A DNA stretch of 32,329 bases from a virus. Taxonomy: Duplodnaviria; Caudoviricetes. Below are positions 25,524-32,329 of this stretch, piece after piece. The DNA is taken from positions 1 through 32,329 of the IMG/VR virus record IMGVR_UViG_3300045457_000235; one strand, written 5' to 3'. Each line of letters starts with the position of its first letter. Positions within the stretch are counted from its first letter, which is position 1. Under the pieces are notes generated by a model. The model did not search any database. It was not told the origin of the DNA and saw only the letters and a list, made by a program, of their open reading frames with translations. A program made the translations under genes and the position numbers.

Positions 25524-28373
25524 ATGAGCTACTTTTTAGAGATACTAAATAGTTTTTCCAAAAGAACTGGACGTTCGTTAAGTATTCTGGAAAGAAGTGA
25601 TTCTAAGGTTAACACAGGACCTGTAGTCTTCTCCAATAACCCGGATGCTGGATGGGCTACAAATGTTAGAGATGGAAGAGAAGATTTAATTAGTTTAGGC
25701 TTTAGTGATCAGGATATTGCTGCAATAGAGGCAAAAGCTGGTCCAAACAAATCCGGTGCTGTAGCAATAACACCTCAAGGAAAAAGCAGCCCTGTAATTT
25801 ATGCATGGAGGATGGAAGGACAGGGACAGACCACATCGCAGCAACCTCAATCGGTACCCTTAGCACAGCCCACTCAAGGATCTCAAGCTTCTACAGCGAA
25901 GCCTCAAATGAATGCTCTGGTTGCAGAACTTCTTCCAATAGCTCAAAGTGTTTGGGATCAACAATTTCTAACTAATATTTCTACTAAAATTAAACCAAAA
26001 GACTGGAGATACCCAATAGTTTCTTCATTTTTAAAATATGCTTTAGGTTATAAAGCTTCATCACCAGAAGATATTAAAAAAATGGAATTGGAGGAAGATC
26101 GTTTGGAAGGTTTATTAAAGCCAGAAGATCTTGCTCAGGAAGATAAACAAAAAGTTTTTGGAAACTTTGTAGACAAGAACCTTACTTTTTTCGGAAGATT
26201 AGCAAGGTTGAGCGTGTTCTCTGTTAAGGAAGGGGAAATAGAACTACAGACTACAGAAGAGGAAACTGAAATTTCTAAAGAAGCTTTGGAAGGTGTGGCT
26301 AAGACTTGGAAAAGTATTTTTGATTTCTTATCAGATTACCAAGGAAGAGAAATATCAGACTTAAAACAAGATAAAGAATATCGTGCAAGGGCCGAATATC
26401 TTTTAAGTAGAATAAAACTTCTTAATCCAGAAAGCAAAACAAAAGGAGAGTTTACAAAAAAGTACGTTATTTATTCTGACGATTTACAATGGGCAGGGGT
26501 AGGGATCGATAGTGCTACAGTACATGCTTTGATGGGAATATTAAAGAGTAGATTATCTCCAGCTAGAGCTTCTCTCCAAAATCCAGAAGGTAAAGTAAAT
26601 TTTGATGAAGCAGACGTAGCAGAAGAAAGTGCAGCTACAAAACAATTTGGAGAAAACTTTGAAAAGTTTGTAGAGGGTTACTGTGCTTTGTCTATAGTTA
26701 GTCCTGAGTTAGCTGGAGATGTAGCAACTGACGTAGGAGAACTTCTAGAAACTTTTAAAAGAAAATGTTCTTCTTTAATTAAAATGTTATCTGTTGAAGA
26801 TATAGTTGGTGAGTCTAATGAGCTATTGGCAGCATTAAAATTGGCCGAAGATGTTAAATTAAAATTAGGTACAGAAGAAGATCAAGTTCAAGCTTTTGCA
26901 ATACTTGGAGCATTCATGAGGCGTAATCCTGTTTTTAGAAATGCCAAGGGAGTTTTCCGTAAAGGAGGCGAAACCATGGCAGGAAAAAGACAAGACTTTA
27001 TAACTGTTTATGATTCCAAACAAAAAGCACAGGAAGCGTCAAATTTTTCTTTAGAAACTTATACTGAAATTACAGTTGGTGATTTTAAGAAAAAAAGAAA
27101 TGAATACAAAGATACCTATAAAACCTTTGATTCATTAGTTGCTGGAAAAGAAGATAATGAAGTTTTGTATTTAATGCAGCCTTCAATAAAAATTAACACA
27201 AAATCAGAAGAACAAATAAAATTAGCAAGTCAATCACTAAAGTCTCAACAATATATATTAAATATTTTAAAAGCAAAATATCAAGGAAATAAAGAAGCTT
27301 ATGAAAGAGAGAGTGCAAAATATTTAGAATATCTAAAAACGTTACCCGGTGCTTCTGGAAAAGTATTACCTAGTTTGGAAGATATAGATGCTTCTAACAA
27401 AGTTATGGGTTCTTTATTTAAAGAAGCCTCTGGAGATACAGACTTACAAAGATTACAGGAAGCATCAGAAAGAGTAGCAAGAGATCTAAGAGTTTTAGTA
27501 AATATAGATTCTTTTGAAGACGGACAAGCAGTAATTCTAGGTAACGATAAGGAACCTATAAAACAAGATAATTTATCTAAGGTTATAGATCTAGTAACAA
27601 AAACTATTAATAAAAGACTTGGAATAAGCATAGGAATAGACATTGAGGACAAATCTTTTGATCGGTCAAAAGAAGTATCAGACTTAGAATTAGAAAAAGT
27701 TGTAAGTGAATTGTATGGTAATAAAGCAAAAGAAGTATTTACTGAATTAAATAAGCATATAACAAGAATACAAGAATTAAAAGAACCAAAAGAAAAAAAA
27801 GCTGCGCTAAGAGACTTATTAATTTATACTAGAAATGTAACACTAAAACAAGAATGTGACGAGAGAGATGCTGGTGGTAAGCTAACTGAAAAAGCTAAAA
27901 AGAGAAGAGAAGAAATAGCTATTGAATTAATAAGCGCAGCACATTCTTCTAAAGAATCTCAATCTGTTCATTCCTTTGATTTAGATGGAAACATGCATGT
28001 GTTTTCTCATAATGAACCTTTACGAGTCTTTTTATCAAAATTTTTAAGTGATAGTCCTGACGTTGAGTTTAATGTCAGTAAAAAAGGATATTCTTTATTT
28101 ATAAGAGAACAAGGAAACGAACTAAACGGTTCTCGATTATCACTTCAATATTCTGAAGGTGGTGGAGGTCTTAGTAGCTATATTAATATAAATGAAAAAA
28201 CTAAACAATCTTTTTCTAGAAAAGAAGGTAAAGTAAAGTTACCTAGAAAAGGTAAAAATAAATCTTTATCTAAGGAAGCTGTAGAAGAGATGATAGAGTC
28301 TTATTTAGAAAAACAAAAAAGATTTTTGATGAAATTAATCGAACCAAAAATCTCTAGTGCTAATTTTAAGTAA
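25524..28373 (+). CDS. Large hypothetical protein, possibly head-packaged
   Basis: 949 aa, K/E-rich and helical. Short leader ending SILE (gp21-type site), followed by a Q/P-rich linker. No recognised family. Confidence 0.5.
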   Translation: MSYFLEILNSFSKRTGRSLSILERSDSKVNTGPVVFSNNPDAGWATNVRDGREDLISLGFSDQDIAAIEAKAGPNKSGAVAITPQGKSSPVIYAWRMEGQGQTTSQQPQSVPLAQPTQGSQASTAKPQMNALVAELLPIAQSVWDQQFLTNISTKIKPKDWRYPIVSSFLKYALGYKASSPEDIKKMELEEDRLEGLLKPEDLAQEDKQKVFGNFVDKNLTFFGRLARLSVFSVKEGEIELQTTEEETEISKEALEGVAKTWKSIFDFLSDYQGREISDLKQDKEYRARAEYLLSRIKLLNPESKTKGEFTKKYVIYSDDLQWAGVGIDSATVHALMGILKSRLSPARASLQNPEGKVNFDEADVAEESAATKQFGENFEKFVEGYCALSIVSPELAGDVATDVGELLETFKRKCSSLIKMLSVEDIVGESNELLAALKLAEDVKLKLGTEEDQVQAFAILGAFMRRNPVFRNAKGVFRKGGETMAGKRQDFITVYDSKQKAQEASNFSLETYTEITVGDFKKKRNEYKDTYKTFDSLVAGKEDNEVLYLMQPSIKINTKSEEQIKLASQSLKSQQYILNILKAKYQGNKEAYERESAKYLEYLKTLPGASGKVLPSLEDIDASNKVMGSLFKEASGDTDLQRLQEASERVARDLRVLVNIDSFEDGQAVILGNDKEPIKQDNLSKVIDLVTKTINKRLGISIGIDIEDKSFDRSKEVSDLELEKVVSELYGNKAKEVFTELNKHITRIQELKEPKEKKAALRDLLIYTRNVTLKQECDERDAGGKLTEKAKKRREEIAIELISAAHSSKESQSVHSFDLDGNMHVFSHNEPLRVFLSKFLSDSPDVEFNVSKKGYSLFIREQGNELNGSRLSLQYSEGGGGLSSYININEKTKQSFSRKEGKVKLPRKGKNKSLSKEAVEEMIESYLEKQKRFLMKLIEPKISSANFK

Positions 28374-28853
28374 GTCTTCTAACTTCATTACAAGTAAACT
28401 ACTATTGTTAAAACTTATAAAAGGTACATCTTTAGCTGAGTGTTTTAAATATAAGTCTTCAAATATTGCAAGTGTATCTTTTCTGTCTTGCTGAAAAATA
28501 ACCATCCATTTTTTCGAGATTTTGCTTGCATCTCTCTTGGCTTGCTCGATAAAATCATAGAACTCTGATTTAGTATTAAATAAACTTCCTAACCCTACTT
28601 TATTGTAGCCTTTCTTACATTCAATAATATATTGAAACTTTTGAGGAACAATAAGATCTCCGTAAACTTTTAAGTGATCTGGTAGTTTGTGTGTATTTGC
28701 AAATGCACCTGACCCGGGCGACCTGTTAAAATCTGTAGTTTCAAATCTTTCGTTAAACAGTGAGCACACTTTTCTTTCAAAAGCGTTGCCTTTTGTACGA
28801 CTGTTCTTACGTTTTTTCTTCTTCAGAGCGGAAAAATCAAAATTGTCTTCCAT
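28335..28853 (-). CDS. Holliday junction resolvase (Hjc-like PD-(D/E)XK nuclease)
   Basis: NSRTKGNAFER...RSPGSGA...GDLIVP...IIECKK; GGAG RBS. Confidence 0.85.
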   Translation of the reverse strand: MEDNFDFSALKKKKRKNSRTKGNAFERKVCSLFNERFETTDFNRSPGSGAFANTHKLPDHLKVYGDLIVPQKFQYIIECKKGYNKVGLGSLFNTKSEFYDFIEQAKRDASKISKKWMVIFQQDRKDTLAIFEDLYLKHSAKDVPFISFNNSSLLVMKLEDLLKISTRDFWFD

Positions 28854-28868
28854 AATCTTCTCCAGTGT

Positions 28869-28879
28869 ACTATGATAGT
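28869..28879. promoter_or_regulatory. Candidate bidirectional -10 element ACTAT-G-ATAGT
   Basis: Inverted repeat in the 43-bp divergent gap. It reads TATGAT on + and TATCAT on -, each upstream of an RBS. Confidence 0.5.
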
Positions 28880-28896
28880 TTACTTAATGAGGTTAT

Positions 28897-29172
28897 ATGC
28901 AAATTTCAATTAATTTTACAGAAGATGAAGCTCAAGCATTCAAAAATTGGTCTGGTCAAGTTAGACCTATTGAGCTTGATCTAGACACTTTTTACAAACA
29001 AATTTTCTTTAATGGAATTGGTGCCATAAATGAGAAGTTAGCTACGATGGCACAGGAGTCTCTTAGTAATCCAGAGGTTAGGCAAAAGCTTAAAGAATCT
29101 GGTGTTGACGTAGAGCAACTGGAAAAAGAAATTCTAGAGAGCCAACAATCAAGTCCCCCTGCCGCCACCTGA
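28897..29172 (+). CDS. Small protein, ribbon-helix-helix-like putative DNA-binding
   Basis: 91 aa. Alternating N-terminal strand MQISINFT followed by two amphipathic helices; GAGGT RBS. Confidence 0.4.
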   Translation: MQISINFTEDEAQAFKNWSGQVRPIELDLDTFYKQIFFNGIGAINEKLATMAQESLSNPEVRQKLKESGVDVEQLEKEILESQQSSPPAAT

Positions 29173-29174
29173 AC

Positions 29175-29522
29175 ATGAATAATTTTAAGTTGACGTTTTT
29201 GAATCGTCACGTTCAATTAGAAGATTTAATTGAAAGTTTAAACATTCCGCAAAGACAAGCAACTTTCCTGCTAGTTAATGATTGGTGCGATGTTTGTGGT
29301 AAGTTACTGACTAGGCTCAAGTGTAGCAACTCTAGTGAGCTACCTCCAAAAGAGATTTTTGTTCTGGACTCTTGGGATATCCCAGATGGAACTCAGATGC
29401 TTAGAGAATCCTTTGGAATAAAAACAAGAATTAATAGAGTTCCGTCTCTTGTAGTTATTAAGGACAATAACGTTTCAGTCATCACTAATAATGATGCTGT
29501 TTATAGAGAACTGGGACTCTGA
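29175..29522 (+). CDS. Thioredoxin-like protein
   Basis: 115 aa with WCDVC active-site motif after a hydrophobic strand and a cis-Pro-type motif INRVPSLVVIK. Confidence 0.75.
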   Translation: MNNFKLTFLNRHVQLEDLIESLNIPQRQATFLLVNDWCDVCGKLLTRLKCSNSSELPPKEIFVLDSWDIPDGTQMLRESFGIKTRINRVPSLVVIKDNNVSVITNNDAVYRELGL

Positions 29523-29863
29523 TCTCTCTGCCGAGGTCCGTATTTCATTTCAAAATAATCGTTAATTTTCTCAGAATACTTTTTACGTTTAGTAAAAATA
29601 AGTTTGAGATTATTAACGATTATTGTCGTAAAGTAATTGAATGCGCTACCTTGAGAGGGTTTAAAGTTTTTGAGCGTCTTTAGAACCAGAACAAAACACT
29701 CCTGTTTTGCATCTTCCTTATCGACTTTGAAGTGGAAGCTGTCTATGATATTGGAGATGAGTAGGTCGAATAGATGAAACAACTCTGCCTCGTTCTTGTG
29801 GCGACCTCTACAGTGCTCTTTGATTAACTTCTCAAATTTCTTATTATCAATGTAATTAGGCAT
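29501..29863 (-). CDS. gp55: Late transcription sigma factor (T4 gp55-like), minimal
   Basis: NYIDNKKF...EDAKQEC...LKNFKPSQGSAFNYFTTII matches the gp55 pattern YVNNK...NF.P....F.YFT.I; 120 aa. Confidence 0.8.
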   Translation of the reverse strand: MPNYIDNKKFEKLIKEHCRGRHKNEAELFHLFDLLISNIIDSFHFKVDKEDAKQECFVLVLKTLKNFKPSQGSAFNYFTTIIVNNLKLIFTKRKKYSEKINDYFEMKYGPRQRDQSPSSL

Positions 29864-29877
29864 TACATTAATTATAG

Positions 29878-30927
29878 ATGAACTTTTTAAACGATTTATA
29901 CAAAACTACTTATGAGGGTTGCACTGGCTGCAAGATCCTCAATAAGAATCTTCCAGTCCATTCTGTCATGGACTACAAGGACTTTAAACAAGCAGACATA
30001 CTTTTTGTGTCAGATTCTTTTAAGATGGATCAAACGGGAGATGTGCTTCCATTTGATAATGAGGAGTCCGATCTTATCTTAGATGTGCTTAAAGCAAGTG
30101 ACGCTATCCCTATTATGAATAGGATCCAGTACACTGCTTCTGTTAAGTGCCCTAAGATTAGGCTTGATGATATCTCCAAGGATGACAAAGATATTTGCAG
30201 AAAGCATATTTTTGCTACCCTAGAAACCGTCAAACCTAAACTTGTGTTTGCCTGTGGTAATCTACCTCTCGTCATGCTTACCAGAAAGACTGGAATCGAA
30301 CAAAAGAGAGGTAGATCTATCCCAATAACTCTTGAATCCGGCCATGAGTGCGTTATCGTCCCCATCTATCACCCCTTCCAAGTCATCATCGAACCAAGAA
30401 ATCGGTATCTCTTTGAGACCGATATCCAGAATGCCATCAATGAATTCATTTTTAAGAAGAACTCTGAAGCTAGCTTTTCCTATACTCTTGTGGATACTAT
30501 TGACAAGCTTCATAACCTAAACTTACCTCTAGATGAGGAGGGTATTGTGGCGGTCGATATAGAGACTGAGGGTTTAAACTTCCTGACGCAGAAGATTCTC
30601 ACTGTCGCCTTAAGTTTTAAGTCTAATGGTGTGTATACTAATTGTGTTATCCCTCTTAATCATAGAGAGTCGAGGTTTAGTGAACAGGAACTGGGATTAG
30701 TCCTAGAAGAGCTTAAACGGCTATTTGCAGCCCCTTGTCGTAAGGTGCTACACAATGCCAAGTTCGACCTAAAGTTCTTTCGTTTGGCCGGAATAACCGA
30801 TGTACGGAACGTATGGGACACAAAGGTAATGCAACACCTAATTGACGAGAATCTACCTAAATCTCTTAAGGATCTTGTTAACTATTATTTTCCTCATGAA
30901 ATAAAGTCTGATGCTAACAGTAACTAA
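29878..30927 (+). CDS. DNA polymerase A part 1: family-4 UDG-like Fe-S domain fused to 3'-5' exonuclease motifs I and II
   Basis: CTGC...VKCP...DIC, KPKLVFACG and PIYHP (UDG family 4), followed by VAVDIETEGL (ExoI), HNAKFD (ExoII), WDT.VM..LIDEN and SLKDL. Confidence 0.85.
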   Translation: MNFLNDLYKTTYEGCTGCKILNKNLPVHSVMDYKDFKQADILFVSDSFKMDQTGDVLPFDNEESDLILDVLKASDAIPIMNRIQYTASVKCPKIRLDDISKDDKDICRKHIFATLETVKPKLVFACGNLPLVMLTRKTGIEQKRGRSIPITLESGHECVIVPIYHPFQVIIEPRNRYLFETDIQNAINEFIFKKNSEASFSYTLVDTIDKLHNLNLPLDEEGIVAVDIETEGLNFLTQKILTVALSFKSNGVYTNCVIPLNHRESRFSEQELGLVLEELKRLFAAPCRKVLHNAKFDLKFFRLAGITDVRNVWDTKVMQHLIDENLPKSLKDLVNYYFPHEIKSDANSN

Positions 30928-31456
30928 CCCAAATCGTGTAAATTGGAGTGAGATGTCCCTAGCTCAAATGGCTAGAGGCAATGCACTCGATAGTTATTTT
31001 ACCCTTAAGTGTTACGAGGTTCTTTATGATAAGCTCGATAAACTTAAAATGGTTAAAACTTATGAGGAGATTATGGCTCCAGCCTCTCTCTTCTTTGTCG
31101 ATATGGAAGTTGATGGTCTAACCATATCTGAAAGTCAACTTAAGATCCTACAAAAGGAACTCAGAAATAAGATTATTGAAGCCGAAGAACTTCTTTATTC
31201 TTACCCAGAAGTTAAAAAGGACTCCAATATGGGATCAGCAAATGACATGATTCGAATCTTTTTTTCTTTAGATAAATTTGTAGGAACCCAAGGGCAGAAG
31301 GATTGGCTAATTAACCCAGAATGGGGATTTGGTTTGTATCCTCCGGTATTTACTGCTAAAAAGCAGCCATCTACCTCGTATGAAGCGTTAGACTTACTTT
31401 TAACACAGATTAAAGACGAAATAGATCGTAGAGGACTCCATGGGAAGAAAAAGTGA
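30911..31456 (+). CDS. DNA polymerase A part 2: ExoIII region and N-terminal half of thumb
   Basis: NW...GNALD (ExoIII position), P....VDMEVDGL, SNMGSANDM..IFF (corresponds to FNxxSxxQL) and GL.P..T.K.QPST..EAL..L. Confidence 0.8.
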   Translation: MLTVTNPNRVNWSEMSLAQMARGNALDSYFTLKCYEVLYDKLDKLKMVKTYEEIMAPASLFFVDMEVDGLTISESQLKILQKELRNKIIEAEELLYSYPEVKKDSNMGSANDMIRIFFSLDKFVGTQGQKDWLINPEWGFGLYPPVFTAKKQPSTSYEALDLLLTQIKDEIDRRGLHGKKK

Positions 31457-32329
31457 AGAAGAGCAGAATAAGAATGTTAGTGCCTCAGTAATAGCTCAAA
31501 AGTCGGACAAGGAACTCTTACGCACTAAAGAGTTTATTGAAAAGTTCCTAGAACTTCGTGGGTTGGAAAAACTTTACAATACTTATATCAAAACTGTTTC
31601 TGGTGCTCTTAAGTATAATAAGAGTAATAAGATTTATGTAGAATATAAGTTAGATGGAACAGCCACAGGTCGCCTATCCAACGCAGGTTATAATGCCGAG
31701 GAAGCTATGGGAGTGTCGTTTCACACACTTCCAAGAGAATCGGCAGCAGTCAACATTCGTAGTTATGTTGTCGCCCCGGAAGGCCACGATTTTATTACCG
31801 CTGACATGAAGGCGATGGAACTAAGGATTCTCGCTCACCTGTCTAGGGAGAAGAACATGGTGAAGGCATTTAATAATAAAATAGACCTTCACAAGTATTC
31901 GGCATCCATGACGTTTGGTAAACCCCTAGATAAGGTAACAGACGAGGAGCGTCAAATTGCTAAGGAAGTTTCGTTCTTGGTTGTATACGGTGGCTCTGAT
32001 TATACTCTGGCAAGGAAGCGAGGTATTCCTCAAAAACGAGCCTCAGACATTATCAACGGATGGATGGCAGCATTCCCGGGAGTTCCAAGCTACATGGAAC
32101 ACGTTTTCAATCACATTAAGAACCGTGGGTATGCTTATACTATTTTTGGCCGTCGCCGCAACCTCCCTAACATTTATGCAAATGTTGAGTCTGTGCAGAA
32201 GCAAGCCCTTAGACAAGGACTCAACTTTACAGTTCAATCTGCTGCCAGTGATACCCTCCTTTGTTGCATCCTTGGTCTTAACAAGAGACTCAAGGACAAG
32301 AATATGGACACTAAAATTGTAGCAACCGT
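31440..32329 (+). CDS. polA: DNA polymerase A part 3: rest of thumb, palm and fingers (3'-truncated; absent from the ORF track)
   Basis: Translated by hand from ATG 31440 (GAGGA upstream): LELRGLEKLYNTY, GTATGRLS, motif A ADMKAMELRILAHLS, DLH, motif B RQIAKEVSFLVVYG, FPGV, TIFGRRR, NFTVQSAASD, ending KIVAT just before motif C. Confidence 0.95.
   Translation, partial: MGRKSEEEQNKNVSASVIAQKSDKELLRTKEFIEKFLELRGLEKLYNTYIKTVSGALKYNKSNKIYVEYKLDGTATGRLSNAGYNAEEAMGVSFHTLPRESAAVNIRSYVVAPEGHDFITADMKAMELRILAHLSREKNMVKAFNNKIDLHKYSASMTFGKPLDKVTDEERQIAKEVSFLVVYGGSDYTLARKRGIPQKRASDIINGWMAAFPGVPSYMEHVFNHIKNRGYAYTIFGRRRNLPNIYANVESVQKQALRQGLNFTVQSAASDTLLCCILGLNKRLKDKNMDTKIVAT

Noticed and set aside
5-31456. 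Stop-codon reassignment (none of the 27 gene ends uses TAG: 19 TAA, 8 TGA)
   Set aside because: Genes are full length and tightly packed under the standard code, and no in-frame TAG or TGA interrupts a conserved domain. The polymerase breaks involve frame changes, so readthrough would not fix them. TAG is commonly rare in AT-rich phages.
30900-31460. Intron, split intein or -1 slippery site explaining the polymerase breaks
   Set aside because: No intervening sequence and no intein terminal motifs. The required shift is +1, and G-AAA-AAG before the TGA is not a canonical heptamer.
2804-32237. Numerous short antisense or alternate-frame ORFs (60-117 aa) in the track
   Set aside because: They lie mostly or wholly within well-supported genes and have no recognisable motifs; expected shadows.
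31957-32322. 121-aa ORF in the supplied track with a hydrophobic stretch
   Set aside because: Out-of-frame shadow of the polymerase core ORF starting at 31440, which holds motifs A and B.
1-32329. tRNA, CRISPR array, DGR template/variable repeats, IS elements
   Set aside because: Intergenic gaps are about 80 bp or less. No cloverleaf, regularly spaced repeat, long near-identical repeat pair, reverse transcriptase or transposase was seen.

Overview
AT-rich, gene-dense segment of a large T4-like myovirus genome (tailed phage with a contractile tail), readable in the standard genetic code. 1-14951 holds baseplate and receptor-binding genes: a P2 gpI-like wedge protein, two tail-collar-like paralogues, a beta-helix spike, a fibre-like protein, a protein with about 45 Cys in 7 repeats, and a gp5.4/PAAR spike tip. 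15033-19897 is the head module: three probable prohead core/internal proteins, gp21 protease, gp22 scaffold and gp23 major capsid. 19978-25448 carries neck gp13/gp14, gp15, sheath and tube. 25524-28373 is a large orphan, possibly a head-packaged protein. 28335-32329 contains a Holliday junction resolvase, an RHH-like protein, a thioredoxin-like protein, a very small gp55-like late sigma factor and a family A DNA polymerase. The polymerase is cut into three consecutive genes (degenerate Fe-S UDG + ExoI/II | ExoIII + half thumb | rest of thumb + polymerase core, running off the window end). The most unusual features are this tripartite UDG-PolA, the Cys-rich putative virion protein, protease-cleavable cargo modules in the head genes, apparent CCWGG avoidance, and very compact bidirectional/antisense control around the sigma gene. 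All calls come from motif recognition by eye; no database search was run.
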